The translations under genes were made by a program, and so were the position numbers. This document shows positions 19,880-28,777 of a stretch of 64,000 nucleotides of DNA, in pieces; the first letter of the stretch is position 1; every line of letters begins with the position of its first letter. The stretch comes from a virus. Lineage: Duplodnaviria > Caudoviricetes. Below the pieces are notes generated by a model. That model did no database searches, had not been told where the DNA came from, and saw nothing but the letters and a program-made list of their open reading frames with translations. The stretch is taken from IMG/VR virus record IMGVR_UViG_3300021959_007005, one strand, 5' to 3'.

Positions 19880-21427
19880 ATGTCAGTAGATACAAATTTA
19901 ATAAAAAAACCATATCAAAAGGAAAAATTTACAACCGAGCAATTCCAAGAACTTGCTCGTTGTGCTGTTGATCCAGAATACTTTATGTTAGAACACTGCT
20001 ATATTCAACATCCCACTAAGGGACGTATGAAATTTTCATTGTATCCATATCAAAAACGTTTAGTAGAAGTATATCATCAAAATCGTTATAGTATTGCTAT
20101 GTTACCCAGACAAACAGGTAAATCAACATGTGCGGCAGGATACTTGCTATGGTATGCAATGTTTAATCCAGACCAAACTATTCTAATTGCAGCACACAAG
20201 TACAGTGGCGCTCAAGAGATCATGCAACGTATACGGTTTGCATATGAAACATTACCTAATCATATACGTGCAGGTGTTACTGCATATAACAAAGGAAGTT
20301 TAGAGTTTGATAATGGCAGTCGTATTATTGCACAAGCTACAACAGAAAATACAGGACGTGGTTTATCATTATCATTAGTATACTTAGACGAGTTTGCATT
20401 TGTGCCACCCCGTATTGCCAAAGAGTTTTGGACAGCACTGAGTCCAACACTTAGTACAGGTGGTAAATGTATGATCACAAGTACACCAAACCAGGATAAT
20501 GATCAATTTGCACAAATTTGGAAAGCAGCAAATAAAACTATTGATCAATATGGTAATGAAACAAAAGTAGGAGTTAATGGATTTAAACATATTCTAGTTG
20601 ATTGGAGAGAACATCCGGATAGAGATCAAGAATGGGCTGACGAAGAAGCAGCTAAAATTGGTGAAGAAAGATTTAGACGAGAACACGGATGTGAATTTAT
20701 TAGTGCTGACGAAACACTTATTAGTGGACTAATATTGCCAACACTAGAGTCTAAAGAAGTATACAAACGTACAGGTCAAGTACGCTGGTATAAAAATTTA
20801 CAAAAGGGAAAAACTTATATTGCAGGGCTTGATCCAAGTTTAGGTACTGGTGGTGATAATGCAGCAATACAAGTTTTTGAACTACCAGGAATGAATCAAG
20901 TAGCTGAATGGATGCACAACAAGACGCCAATCACGGAACAGATAAGAATACTCAGACAAATACTGAAGGAAATAGAACAAGAAGTAACCGATACTGAAAT
21001 ATATTGGAGTGTGGAAAATAACACGCTGGGTGAAGCTGCCCTTGTGGTCATAGCGGAAATGGGTGAAGAAAACATTCCTGGTACATTAATTAGTCAGCCA
21101 AAAAGCAGTAATAGAGGACACAGAAAAGGATTTACAACAACTAATAAAAGTAAACTTGAGGCATGTAGTAGATTAAAGAACTGGATTGAAACTGGAAAAA
21201 TGGTGGTTAACAGCGAAGCGTTATTACAAGAGCTTAAAACGTTTATTGCTAGGGGATCAAGTTTTGCTGCTAAATCTAGCGAAACAGATGATTTAGTTAT
21301 GGCAAGTGTACTAGTTGTCCGTATAGCTCAACAGGTTGCACAGTATGACGAAGTAACTTATGAAGAGCTTAAAGATAGTTTTGATGAAGATGGAACTGAT
21401 GCACCAATGCCAATTATGGTCTTTTAG
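19880..21427 (+). CDS. Terminase large subunit (gp17-like)
   Basis: Walker A PRQTGKS, Walker B LDEFAF, ITSTPN coupling motif, RNase H-like GLDPSLGTGGD and TDDLVMA. Confidence 0.97.
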   Translation: MSVDTNLIKKPYQKEKFTTEQFQELARCAVDPEYFMLEHCYIQHPTKGRMKFSLYPYQKRLVEVYHQNRYSIAMLPRQTGKSTCAAGYLLWYAMFNPDQTILIAAHKYSGAQEIMQRIRFAYETLPNHIRAGVTAYNKGSLEFDNGSRIIAQATTENTGRGLSLSLVYLDEFAFVPPRIAKEFWTALSPTLSTGGKCMITSTPNQDNDQFAQIWKAANKTIDQYGNETKVGVNGFKHILVDWREHPDRDQEWADEEAAKIGEERFRREHGCEFISADETLISGLILPTLESKEVYKRTGQVRWYKNLQKGKTYIAGLDPSLGTGGDNAAIQVFELPGMNQVAEWMHNKTPITEQIRILRQILKEIEQEVTDTEIYWSVENNTLGEAALVVIAEMGEENIPGTLISQPKSSNRGHRKGFTTTNKSKLEACSRLKNWIETGKMVVNSEALLQELKTFIARGSSFAAKSSETDDLVMASVLVVRIAQQVAQYDEVTYEELKDSFDEDGTDAPMPIMVF

Positions 21428-21451
21428 CATAAATAATACAAAGGACGTAAT

Positions 21452-22804
21452 ATGATTAGTGATGACAAAATAACAACTGGTATTTTTAAAATTTTAAAAG
21501 GCAACGGTTATAATATAGAATTATTTACTGAAGAAGGTGAAAATACTATTGATCCAAATAATGCTCGTAGATTCTATGTTAAAGATATGGGAGCAATGGT
21601 TAATTTTGAAACTAGTAATGCTAATAGAGAAATTAGAGTTAGTGTTAGTCAAACCACTAGTGTAGAACAACTAAAAGATACATTGGCTCAGTTAAAAAAT
21701 TTAGCCAATAAAAGTATAGTAGAATATACACTAAAGAGTTTTTCTAAAGCTATTACTCCTAAAGATCAAGATTTTGAAGCACAAAAGGCGAGAGATATGA
21801 AACAAGATGTACAAGAAGGCATTAGCACAGCATATGGTAGCACAAAAAGTAGTTATCAAAAATTAGAATCAGCAAAGTTGGTTATTAAACACACTAAACC
21901 AGTCAATGAAGAAACACGTGGTAGCAGAAGTAGAAATATTAGTGCTATCTATATTGAAAACGCAGATGGTGAAAGACATAAATTTCCAAGTAAAAATCTA
22001 GCAGGTGGCCGAGCAATGTTGCGTCATATACAACAAGGTGGACAAATGCATGACGATCTTGGAGAACATATTATTGAACAGTGTAAAGAACTTAGTAAAC
22101 TAAAAGAGTTTAAAAAGTATAGTCAACGTAATGGATTAGTAAATGAAGAGACAAACGATATTCTAGAAGCAGTTACAGCAAGAATAGAACATGTTAGAGA
22201 AACAATTAGTAAAATGAAAGGCAGTAAAGGATATGCTGCTATGCGTGATACATTCGAATCAAGAGAGTTAAAAATTAACGAAAGAGATAAGACTTCACTA
22301 CGCAACCAATTTACAGTACGGCATTTTGACGAAAATTTAGAAGATGCGTTACCATATGTTAATTCAATTATGAAAGAAGTAAATGGAGTTAAGGAAGCAA
22401 ATATTTCAGCAGCTAATACAGTTAAAGAACTAGCAGAAGCAATTGCAGAAATGGAAACTATTAACTTCACTGGTGCTGATCCAAAATCAGATCCAGAAAA
22501 TCCATTAGTTAATGAACATTCAGCATCTGCGTCAGCTAATACACAACTTGCAATGACAATGAAATACTTTTCAGAAGCAGTTTGTGAAAACGAAAAACTA
22601 TCAGGATTACTTGAACAGTTTGGTAGTATGGTAACTGATGTTACTGAGCAATCAACAATAGCAGCAGGTATTACGGCAGTCAAAAATATGATGCCAAAAC
22701 TTTCTGCTAAAACAAGTGAAAGCAGTGAACGTAACACTGTAGATTATGAAGCACAATTTGAAAGCACACTCGACAGTTATGAGTTTGATGATTTATTTAA
22801 ATAA
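21452..22804 (+). CDS. Hypothetical late protein, 450 aa
   Basis: ORF track; TAAATA at 21430 and AAGGA RBS. Confidence 0.7.
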   Translation: MISDDKITTGIFKILKGNGYNIELFTEEGENTIDPNNARRFYVKDMGAMVNFETSNANREIRVSVSQTTSVEQLKDTLAQLKNLANKSIVEYTLKSFSKAITPKDQDFEAQKARDMKQDVQEGISTAYGSTKSSYQKLESAKLVIKHTKPVNEETRGSRSRNISAIYIENADGERHKFPSKNLAGGRAMLRHIQQGGQMHDDLGEHIIEQCKELSKLKEFKKYSQRNGLVNEETNDILEAVTARIEHVRETISKMKGSKGYAAMRDTFESRELKINERDKTSLRNQFTVRHFDENLEDALPYVNSIMKEVNGVKEANISAANTVKELAEAIAEMETINFTGADPKSDPENPLVNEHSASASANTQLAMTMKYFSEAVCENEKLSGLLEQFGSMVTDVTEQSTIAAGITAVKNMMPKLSAKTSESSERNTVDYEAQFESTLDSYEFDDLFK

Positions 22805-22918
22805 AATCTTGACAATCTAGACAAAACGTAATATAGTGGTAACATGTATTATTATATACACTGTTGTCACAAAGGCATACTTAGGCAAACAAACATAGGC
22901 AAATAGGAGATTAAAACT

Positions 22919-23965
22919 ATGGCATCATTAGCAGAAATTCGAGCAAAATTACAAGCATCTGAGCAAGGCAATCAACGCCAAGGCGGAGCAACTGGTGGAG
23001 ATAACGCTATCTTCCCATTTTGGAACATCCCAGAAAATACAACTAGCGTGATTCGCTTTTTACCAGATGGAGATACGGAAAATCCGTATTTTTGGAGAGA
23101 GCGTCAAATGATCCGCATGGAATTTGCGGGTGTAAAAAACCAACCAGACAGTCGTAAAGTGATTGTTAATATTCCATGTAATGAAATGTGGGGACCAGTA
23201 GGCAGTTGCCCAGTACTATCTGAAGTACGTGCCTGGTTTAAAGATCCTAACTTAGAAGAAATGGGTCGCAAGTATTGGAAAAAACGTTCATATGTATTCC
23301 AAGGCTTTGTAACTGAAAATAGCTTACAAGAGGAATCTCCAGATAATCCAATCCGTAGATTTATTATTAATCCAAGTATCTTTAATATTATCAAAGGTGC
23401 ATTAATGGATACAGATTTTGTTGAACTTCCAACAGATATTGAACAAGGTACTGACTTCCGTCTTACTAAAACTACTAAAGGTCAATATAGTGATTATAGT
23501 ACGAGTAGTTGGGCACGCCGTGAGCGTAGTTTAGACAGTAATGAGCGTTCAGCAATTGACACTCATGGGTTGTATAACTTAAATGACTATCTTCCTAAAC
23601 AACCTAGCGAATCTGAATTAGCAGTAATTGCTGAAATGTTTGAAGCTAGTGTAGATGGGCAATTATATGATGCAGAGCGTTGGGGTAATTTTTATCGTCC
23701 AAGTGGTGTACAAATCGATACATCAAATAGTGCGCCAAATACGTCAGCTGGTAAAGCACCAGCAGCAAGCATTCCACAAGCACCAGTAGCACCAGTTGCT
23801 GATAGTCAACCAGCGCCGGTACCAGTTGCTCCCCCTGTTCAACAGGAAGTAGTAGCACCAACACCGCAGCCTGCTCCAGTAGCAGAGCCAGCGATAGCAG
23901 GTGGTGATGAAGCTAAACCATCAGCACAAGATATACTTGCTGCTATCCGTAACCGCGGATCATAA
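22919..23965 (+). CDS. Single-stranded DNA-binding protein (gp32-like)
   Basis: IRFLPDGD..NPYFW, C..CPV, YWKKRSY, GTDFRLTKT..YSDYSTSSW; Pro/Ala-rich tail. Confidence 0.9.
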   Translation: MASLAEIRAKLQASEQGNQRQGGATGGDNAIFPFWNIPENTTSVIRFLPDGDTENPYFWRERQMIRMEFAGVKNQPDSRKVIVNIPCNEMWGPVGSCPVLSEVRAWFKDPNLEEMGRKYWKKRSYVFQGFVTENSLQEESPDNPIRRFIINPSIFNIIKGALMDTDFVELPTDIEQGTDFRLTKTTKGQYSDYSTSSWARRERSLDSNERSAIDTHGLYNLNDYLPKQPSESELAVIAEMFEASVDGQLYDAERWGNFYRPSGVQIDTSNSAPNTSAGKAPAASIPQAPVAPVADSQPAPVPVAPPVQQEVVAPTPQPAPVAEPAIAGGDEAKPSAQDILAAIRNRGS

Positions 23966-23982
23966 TTAACCTTACATCTTAA

Positions 23983-24007
23983 AGAAGGCAGTACTATGCT
24001 GCCTTCT
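23983..24007 (+). terminator. Hairpin, probable terminator
   Basis: AGAAGGCAG/CTGCCTTCT 9-bp stem. Confidence 0.6.
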
Positions 24008-24030
24008 ATTATTCTTATTAGGAGACATAA

Positions 24031-25146
24031 ATGCCAAGACCTTTTGACGTAAGTAAATTCCGCAAAAGTATTACCAAAGCGGTGCCCGGACTAAGTGTTG
24101 GGTTTAATGATCCAGATACATGGATTTCAACAGGTAATTATACACTAAACAAACTAATCAGTGGAGACTTTAATAAAGGTATTCCACTAGGTAAAGTATC
24201 AGTATTGGCTGGAGAAAGTGGCGCAGGTAAGTCATATATTGCGGCTGGTAATATTGTTAAACAAGCACAAGACCAAAACATCTTTGTTGTGCTAATTGAT
24301 ACTGAAAACGCACTAGATGAGACTTGGTTACATGCACTGGATGTAGACACAAGTCCAGACAAATTGCTAAAACTTAACTTAGCAATGATTGACGATGTAG
24401 CCAAAGTTATGAGTGATTTTATGACAGACTACAAAAAAGAATGGGCAGACAAAGAAAAGGATGAACGTCCTAAAGTATTGTTTGTAATTGACTCATTAGG
24501 TATGATGTTGACGCCAACTGATGTTAAACAGTTTGAAGCAGGTGATATGAAAGGTGACTTGGGTCGTAAGCCTAAGGCATTAACGTCATTGGTTCGTAAT
24601 ACTGTCAATATGTTGGGAGAATACAATGTAGGACTAATGGCAACTAACCATACATATGCATCACAAGATATGTTTGATCCAGATGACAAGATTAGTGGCG
24701 GACAAGGCTTTATCTACGCAAGTAGTATTGTAGTTGCCATGCGTAAACTTAAACTAAAAACTGATGCAGATGGTAACAAAACATCACAGGTACATGGTAT
24801 TAGAGCGGCGTGTAAAGTAATGAAAACACGTTATGCTAAACCTTTTGAAAGTGTACAAGTGGAGATTCCATATGAGACAGGAATGTCACCATATAGTGGA
24901 CTTGTTGAGTTTTTAGAAGCAAAAGAGGTTCTTAAGAAAAGTGGCAATAGTTTAGAATATACTAGTCATGTAACTGGCGAAGTAATTAAAATGTTTCGTA
25001 AACCTTGGAATGCTAATAAAGATGGTGCTCTTGACCTAGTTATGACAGAATGGGATGACATCGCTGTTGACAAAGCAGCCGATGAACTAAATAACCAAGC
25101 TGATGACCAAGTATTAGAGGACAACGAATCATATGAAAATGAGTGA
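24031..25146 (+). CDS. uvsX: RecA-like recombinase (UvsX)
   Basis: GESGAGKS Walker A, IDTENA, VIDSLG, TNHTY, SGGQGFIYASS. Confidence 0.95.
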   Translation: MPRPFDVSKFRKSITKAVPGLSVGFNDPDTWISTGNYTLNKLISGDFNKGIPLGKVSVLAGESGAGKSYIAAGNIVKQAQDQNIFVVLIDTENALDETWLHALDVDTSPDKLLKLNLAMIDDVAKVMSDFMTDYKKEWADKEKDERPKVLFVIDSLGMMLTPTDVKQFEAGDMKGDLGRKPKALTSLVRNTVNMLGEYNVGLMATNHTYASQDMFDPDDKISGGQGFIYASSIVVAMRKLKLKTDADGNKTSQVHGIRAACKVMKTRYAKPFESVQVEIPYETGMSPYSGLVEFLEAKEVLKKSGNSLEYTSHVTGEVIKMFRKPWNANKDGALDLVMTEWDDIAVDKAADELNNQADDQVLEDNESYENE

Positions 25147-25387
25147 AACAGAACTATCTACGTTTATTGATATTTGGATTTCGTTAAAGCCTTACATTAA
25201 TTCTAAAGATAGAGATTCTGCATGCGAAAAATATTTAGAACTGATTAATGAAAATTTACATGATTTAAGTGAAGTTGGTGATGAATGGTTTGGCTATGAT
25301 AATACACTTGATAAATCACTCAAAGAAAACTTTTATAGTGAGCCCACTGGTGGTGACTATGAACAAGATGAGGATGACGACTGGTAA
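25133..25387 (+). CDS. Hypothetical acidic protein
   Basis: ORF track; coupled between uvsX and uvsY. Confidence 0.65.
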   Translation: MKMSETELSTFIDIWISLKPYINSKDRDSACEKYLELINENLHDLSEVGDEWFGYDNTLDKSLKENFYSEPTGGDYEQDEDDDW

Positions 25388-25845
25388 TGAGCGCATGGTT
25401 TGGTAAAATACGCCAAGACTTAGCTAACATTATTCCTGCAATTGATTACTTCGAACTACAATTACAAGAAGCAAAACTTGAATGTGGTCTCAAAGGAAAC
25501 GTTGAGAGACACAGTAGAGATATGCCTGGTATAGTAGAATATCGATTTAATCAGTTACAGGAACTAGAAGCTATACTTGAATATTTGAATATTGAAATGC
25601 GTAAAATACGCAATAAGCATTATCGCATATATTTGGAAGGATATAACAAGGCACTTTCAAGTAGAGATGCAGAAAAATTTGCTGATGGCGAAAGTGAAGT
25701 AATTAACCAACAACATATTATTAATGAGCTTTCATTAGTAAGGAACAAGTTTATGGGATTAGTTAAAGCACTTGATGCCAAACAATTTCAAATTAATAAC
25801 ATTGTAAAACTACGTGCAGCAGGTCTGGAAGATATTAGTTTATGA
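25387..25845 (+). CDS. uvsY: Recombination mediator (UvsY-like)
   Basis: Helical; Y.EGYNKALSSRDAEKFADGE and KALDAKQFQINNIVKLR motifs; follows uvsX. Confidence 0.75.
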   Translation: MSAWFGKIRQDLANIIPAIDYFELQLQEAKLECGLKGNVERHSRDMPGIVEYRFNQLQELEAILEYLNIEMRKIRNKHYRIYLEGYNKALSSRDAEKFADGESEVINQQHIINELSLVRNKFMGLVKALDAKQFQINNIVKLRAAGLEDISL

Positions 25846-26057
25846 ATTGGATGGAAATTGATAAGATACTTCATAGTATGATTTCCATCTATAGTGATAA
25901 AGAGTTGTTGTATAGTGATGTAAAGAAAAAATTTAAATGGACTGATAGCCAAGTAGAAGCGGCTGTTGGTCCATTGTTACGATATAGTAACTTAAAGAAA
26001 GTTGAAGAAATAAAGCCTAAGGCTAAACCCAAAGCGAGGAAAGCAAAGAGAAAATGA
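25842..26057 (+). CDS. Hypothetical protein with a basic tail
   Basis: ORF track. Confidence 0.55.
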   Translation: MNWMEIDKILHSMISIYSDKELLYSDVKKKFKWTDSQVEAAVGPLLRYSNLKKVEEIKPKAKPKARKAKRK

Positions 26058-26476
26058 TTATAACAATAGCAAGTGATCATGGAGGTTACAAAACAAAACA
26101 AGCAATTAGTGAATGGTTAATGGACCAAGGACACAATGTTCGAGATTGGGGTTGTGATAGTGAAGAAAGTTGCGACTATCCAGACTTTGCTAAAGGTGTA
26201 TGTGAACTTGTAGCAACAGGCGCCGCTACCTTTGGTATCCTTGTTTGCGGTACAGGTATTGGCATGAGTATGACAGCTAATCGTAATCCAAAGATTCGTG
26301 CAGGGCTTTGTAAAGATACACATACTGCAATGCTTACAAGACAGCATAACAATGCAAATGTATTATGTTTGGGTGCTAGAGTAACTGATCCAGCTTGGAT
26401 TATTAACATAGTTGACACCTTTCTCACTACAGAATTTGAAGGTGGCAGACACGAAAAAAGAATAGAAAAACTTTAA
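26054..26476 (+). CDS. rpiB: Ribose-5-phosphate isomerase B
   Basis: IASDHGG, DYPD, CGTGIGMS, ANR, RQHNNANVL, FEGGRH. Confidence 0.95.
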   Translation: MIITIASDHGGYKTKQAISEWLMDQGHNVRDWGCDSEESCDYPDFAKGVCELVATGAATFGILVCGTGIGMSMTANRNPKIRAGLCKDTHTAMLTRQHNNANVLCLGARVTDPAWIINIVDTFLTTEFEGGRHEKRIEKL

Positions 26477-26531
26477 GAAAAAGGTTGACTACCAATACGT
26501 CTTACTATATGGTATAAGAGTAATAGCGGAG

Positions 26532-26933
26532 ATGGTACATATGCTTTATTCAGTAATTGGCGGAACTAAAAAAGAACGTGCAGCGGTAACTGAAGCACTT
26601 TGGTTTGCTAAATCATATCTACTTCCCAAGCATCGTAAACTAACAGTTGATGTTGAAATTGCACCTGGATTAAGTGCTGAAGCAGATCTATTAGATGGTG
26701 ATGATGATAGAGAATATGAACTAAGAGTTCGCAAAGGACTTAGCTACGAAGATTTGATTACTGCTATCTTTCACGAAATGGTACATGTAAAGCAGGCAGT
26801 ACGTAAAGAGTTTCCAATGTTTGAGCCTAGTGACATTCCTTATTTTGACCGTCCTTGGGAGATTGAAGCATATGCTGAACAAGAAAAAATGTTAGAAAGT
26901 TTTAATAACAGTGTTGACACTAGGAACTCTTGA
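26532..26933 (+). CDS. HExxH metallopeptidase-like protein
   Basis: FHEMVHVKQ and PWEIEAY. Confidence 0.7.
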   Translation: MVHMLYSVIGGTKKERAAVTEALWFAKSYLLPKHRKLTVDVEIAPGLSAEADLLDGDDDREYELRVRKGLSYEDLITAIFHEMVHVKQAVRKEFPMFEPSDIPYFDRPWEIEAYAEQEKMLESFNNSVDTRNS

Positions 26934-26977
26934 TGCTATATATGATATATAGAAACAGCGAAACAAAGGAATACTAA

Positions 26978-27214
26978 ATGATTCACTCAATGTTAGAAAT
27001 CGAAATCCGTGACGCAATTGAAAAAGAAGAGAACCTTAATGAAGATGGTTCTATTAATTGGAGCTTCGTGGATGCAGATGCATACGCAGAATGTCGTTCT
27101 TTCTGGAAAGATGATGAACAGTTTTATGAATCATTTGATGAAATTGTGTCAGCTATTATTGCAAATGAAGAAGAAGAAGTTGCTGTTGATACACAAATTG
27201 AAATGGCATTTTAA
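26978..27214 (+). CDS. Hypothetical acidic early protein
   Basis: TTGACA promoter at about 26914 and AAGGA RBS. Confidence 0.6.
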   Translation: MIHSMLEIEIRDAIEKEENLNEDGSINWSFVDADAYAECRSFWKDDEQFYESFDEIVSAIIANEEEEVAVDTQIEMAF

Positions 27215-28078
27215 ATGGGTAAACTATGGATCTTTGGTGATAGTTTCACAAACGCACCATTAGAAAAAAGAATGTTAGTAAATGACTTGGTGTTTACAGA
27301 AGAAAGTAAAAAAGACTTTTCAATGACTTGGCAATCTTTATTATGTCAAAAACTTGGATTGTCTGAAATCTGTAATCACGGTATGCCAGGGATAGGATTA
27401 GATTATATTCAATGGAGATATGTTCAAGAAAGAACCGATATTGATAAAGAAAATGACGTTATTATAATTGGACACACAATGCCTGCTCGTAGATGGTTTA
27501 TACAAAAATCGCCAGAGCTTAGTAACTTTATTAATTTTATCAAAACAGATAGCACACTAAACATAGAATATCTTAAAAAAATGACATTACGTCATGATCA
27601 TGAAACAAGACAAAAGTCTCTTTATCAAGCAGAAGCGGCTAGGCAATATGTTATTAATATAGCTGATCCAGTAATGGAGGAATTGTACGGAGTATCTGTA
27701 TTAGCGTATTTTAATATGCAACAGCATGAGGGGTATCAAATAATTAATATCCCAATTTATGAAAATAGTGAAGTAACTAAATGGAATAATAATTTTAATT
27801 CAATTGGAAATTTAAATTCAGTTAGTGCTAATGAATGGCAATCAGAAAAAAGAGATGAACAAAGTCTTTGGACAGCATTTATGGATATTTGCGGTGGAGC
27901 TGACGGCAGGGTTAACCATCTAATAATGGATAACCATACTATACTAGCTGATAAATTATTTAAAACCATAACAGAAAATGAAACTTTAGACTTGACAACA
28001 GGGTTTATTTCTAATATAGTTAATGCAACAAGTTACGACAGTAAATATGATGTTTATAAAATGAAACAGGTCCCTTAG
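27215..28078 (+). CDS. SGNH/GDSL hydrolase-like protein
   Basis: IFGDSF block I, NHGMPGIG block II, NHL..NH near the C-terminus; stop codon lies inside tRNA-Arg. Confidence 0.6.
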   Translation: MGKLWIFGDSFTNAPLEKRMLVNDLVFTEESKKDFSMTWQSLLCQKLGLSEICNHGMPGIGLDYIQWRYVQERTDIDKENDVIIIGHTMPARRWFIQKSPELSNFINFIKTDSTLNIEYLKKMTLRHDHETRQKSLYQAEAARQYVINIADPVMEELYGVSVLAYFNMQQHEGYQIINIPIYENSEVTKWNNNFNSIGNLNSVSANEWQSEKRDEQSLWTAFMDICGGADGRVNHLIMDNHTILADKLFKTITENETLDLTTGFISNIVNATSYDSKYDVYKMKQVP

Positions 28079-28145
28079 CTCAGCTGGATAGAGCAAGTGC
28101 CTTCTAAGCACTAGGTCAGAGGTTCGAATCCTCTAGGGTCCGCCA
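28069..28145 (+). tRNA. tRNA-Arg(UCU)
   Basis: Cloverleaf; anticodon arm AGTGC-CTTCTAA-GCACT; GGTTCGAATCC; encoded CCA; U3:U70 mismatch. Confidence 0.93.
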
Positions 28146-28153
28146 GAATATGT

Positions 28154-28230
28154 ACTCCTCTAGCTCAATTGGTTAGAGCAGAACGCTCATAACGTTTTGG
28201 TTACAGGTTCGAGTCCTGTGGGGAGTACCA
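28154..28230 (+). tRNA. tRNA with CAU anticodon (Ile2-lysidine type or elongator Met)
   Basis: ACTCCTC/GGGGAGT acceptor stem, CTCATAA loop, encoded CCA; paired 1-72 so not initiator. Confidence 0.9.
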
Positions 28231-28235
28231 ATTAT

Positions 28236-28309
28236 AAGGGTGTGGTGAAATGGTATCACGCTGGTCTCCAAAACCAGAAGCAGGAGTTCGATTCTCCTCA
28301 CCTTTGCCA
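28236..28309 (+). tRNA. tRNA-Trp(CCA)
   Basis: CTGGT-CTCCAAA-ACCAG arm, G73, encoded CCA. Confidence 0.93.
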
Positions 28310-28318
28310 AAGTTTATG

Positions 28319-28490
28319 GTGCAGAGAACACCGCAGGAATAAACTGATAAGAGTAAACTGCAACGTTCTTTGTACAGTAGGAAAATCGTCGGAAGACTAG
28401 ATAGTTAAAATCTATGCATAGTCATATCTAGCTTCGACAGGCGTTGGAAATTAATAGGAGTAATTACCTAGTGACCTTCCTGAATCCTAC
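28319..28490 (+). ncRNA. Candidate structured RNA of unknown class inside the tRNA array
   Basis: Stems 28319-29/28365-75, 28377-82/28485-90, 28397-403/28425-31 and TAGG/CCTA; no convincing ORF. Confidence 0.5.
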
Positions 28491-28499
28491 AAGTGTTAA

Positions 28500-28589
28500 G
28501 GTGAGGTGGCTGAGTGGCCGAAAGCGCCGGATTACTAATCCGGAGAACGTGCAAGCGTTCCGTGGGTTCGAATCCCACCCTCACTGCCA
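28500..28589 (+). tRNA. tRNA-Ser(ACU), type II with long variable arm
   Basis: CCGGA-TTACTAA-TCCGG anticodon arm, GAACG/CGTTC variable arm, G73, encoded CCA. Confidence 0.92.
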
Positions 28590-28592
28590 GAT

Positions 28593-28676
28593 GCTCGCAT
28601 GATGGAATGGTAGACATAACAGACTTAAAATCTGTGGCCGTAAGGCGTCCCGGTTCGAGTCCGGGTGCGAGTACCA
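28593..28676 (+). tRNA. tRNA-Leu(UAA)
   Basis: ACAGA-CTTAAAA-TCTGT arm, long variable arm, A73, encoded CCA. Confidence 0.95.
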
Positions 28677-28701
28677 AATTAAACCACGGATAAGTATTTT
28701 T

Positions 28702-28776
28702 ATGAAAACTTGTCCAGATTGTAAAACAGAATTAGGTCATAACGATTTTTGTCCTAATTGCAGAGTAAAACGATAA
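28702..28776 (+). CDS. 24-aa zinc-ribbon microprotein
   Basis: MKTCPDCKTELGHNDFCPNCRVKR; TAAGTA promoter-like motif just upstream. Confidence 0.55.
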   Translation: MKTCPDCKTELGHNDFCPNCRVKR

Positions 28777-28777
28777 C

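Noticed and set aside
28236-28309. Suppressor tRNA or stop-codon reassignment
   Set aside because: The anticodon is the standard Trp CCA, and conserved genes end normally at TAA, TAG and TGA under the standard code.
28310-28499. Cobalamin riboswitch or tmRNA
   Set aside because: Only a weak GGAAGAC resemblance; the core B12-element motifs, the tmRNA tRNA-like ends and a tag ORF are absent.
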